Positions 63,954-64,000 of a stretch of DNA of 64,000 bases are shown here, piece after piece. Numbering within the stretch: the first letter of the stretch is position 1; each line of letters begins with the position of its first letter. The notes beneath the pieces were generated by a model, which saw nothing but the letters and a program-made list of their open reading frames with translations, was not told where the DNA came from and ran no database searches. A program made the translations under genes and the position numbers. The DNA comes from Octopus bimaculoides (lineage: Eukaryota): positions 104,751,533 to 104,815,532 of the forward strand of contig NC_068985.1 in assembly GCF_001194135.2 (NCBI RefSeq), in the 5' to 3' direction.

Positions 63954-64000
63954 GCCAGCTGTTTAGAAGCCTGCACTGACCGCTATGTTGCATTTAACCA
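63954..64000 (+). CDS. Plus-strand gene, exon 5 (runs off the window)
   Basis: Strong acceptor TTCTAATTTTTTGTAG|. Phase-0 open frame ASCLEACTDRYVAFN. Confidence 0.55.

Overview
AT-rich, repeat-dense eukaryotic genomic DNA with many N gaps at microsatellites. The SINE/LINE families point to an octopus genome; this is inferred from remembered family sequences, not from a database search. Two genes appear to lie head-to-head around a CpG-rich promoter at about 50.4-50.8 kb. (1) A minus-strand gene with very long introns: candidate first exon ending at 50410, a 5' exon at 38053-38187, and a clear coding exon at 14167-14404 (MSAETPQ...). It continues off the left edge and its product was not recognised. 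(2) A plus-strand gene that the ORF track misses because its exons are short. Five GT-AG exons chain in phase into a 129-codon open frame running off the right edge; product not recognised. The rest is transposon-derived: tRNA-derived SINE families, RTE and CR1-like LINE remnants, mariner/maT/Tigger/hAT/piggyBac-like/Merlin DNA transposon derivatives, foldback elements and microsatellites. The most notable object is at 12.9-13.4 kb. It is a tRNA-headed (Pol III) SINE-like element carrying a Penelope-type minimal hammerhead ribozyme motif, with an inverted headless copy directly upstream, forming a ~170-bp-arm hairpin with a ribozyme core on each strand. No prokaryotic systems, CRISPR arrays, rRNA or intact tRNA genes were seen.
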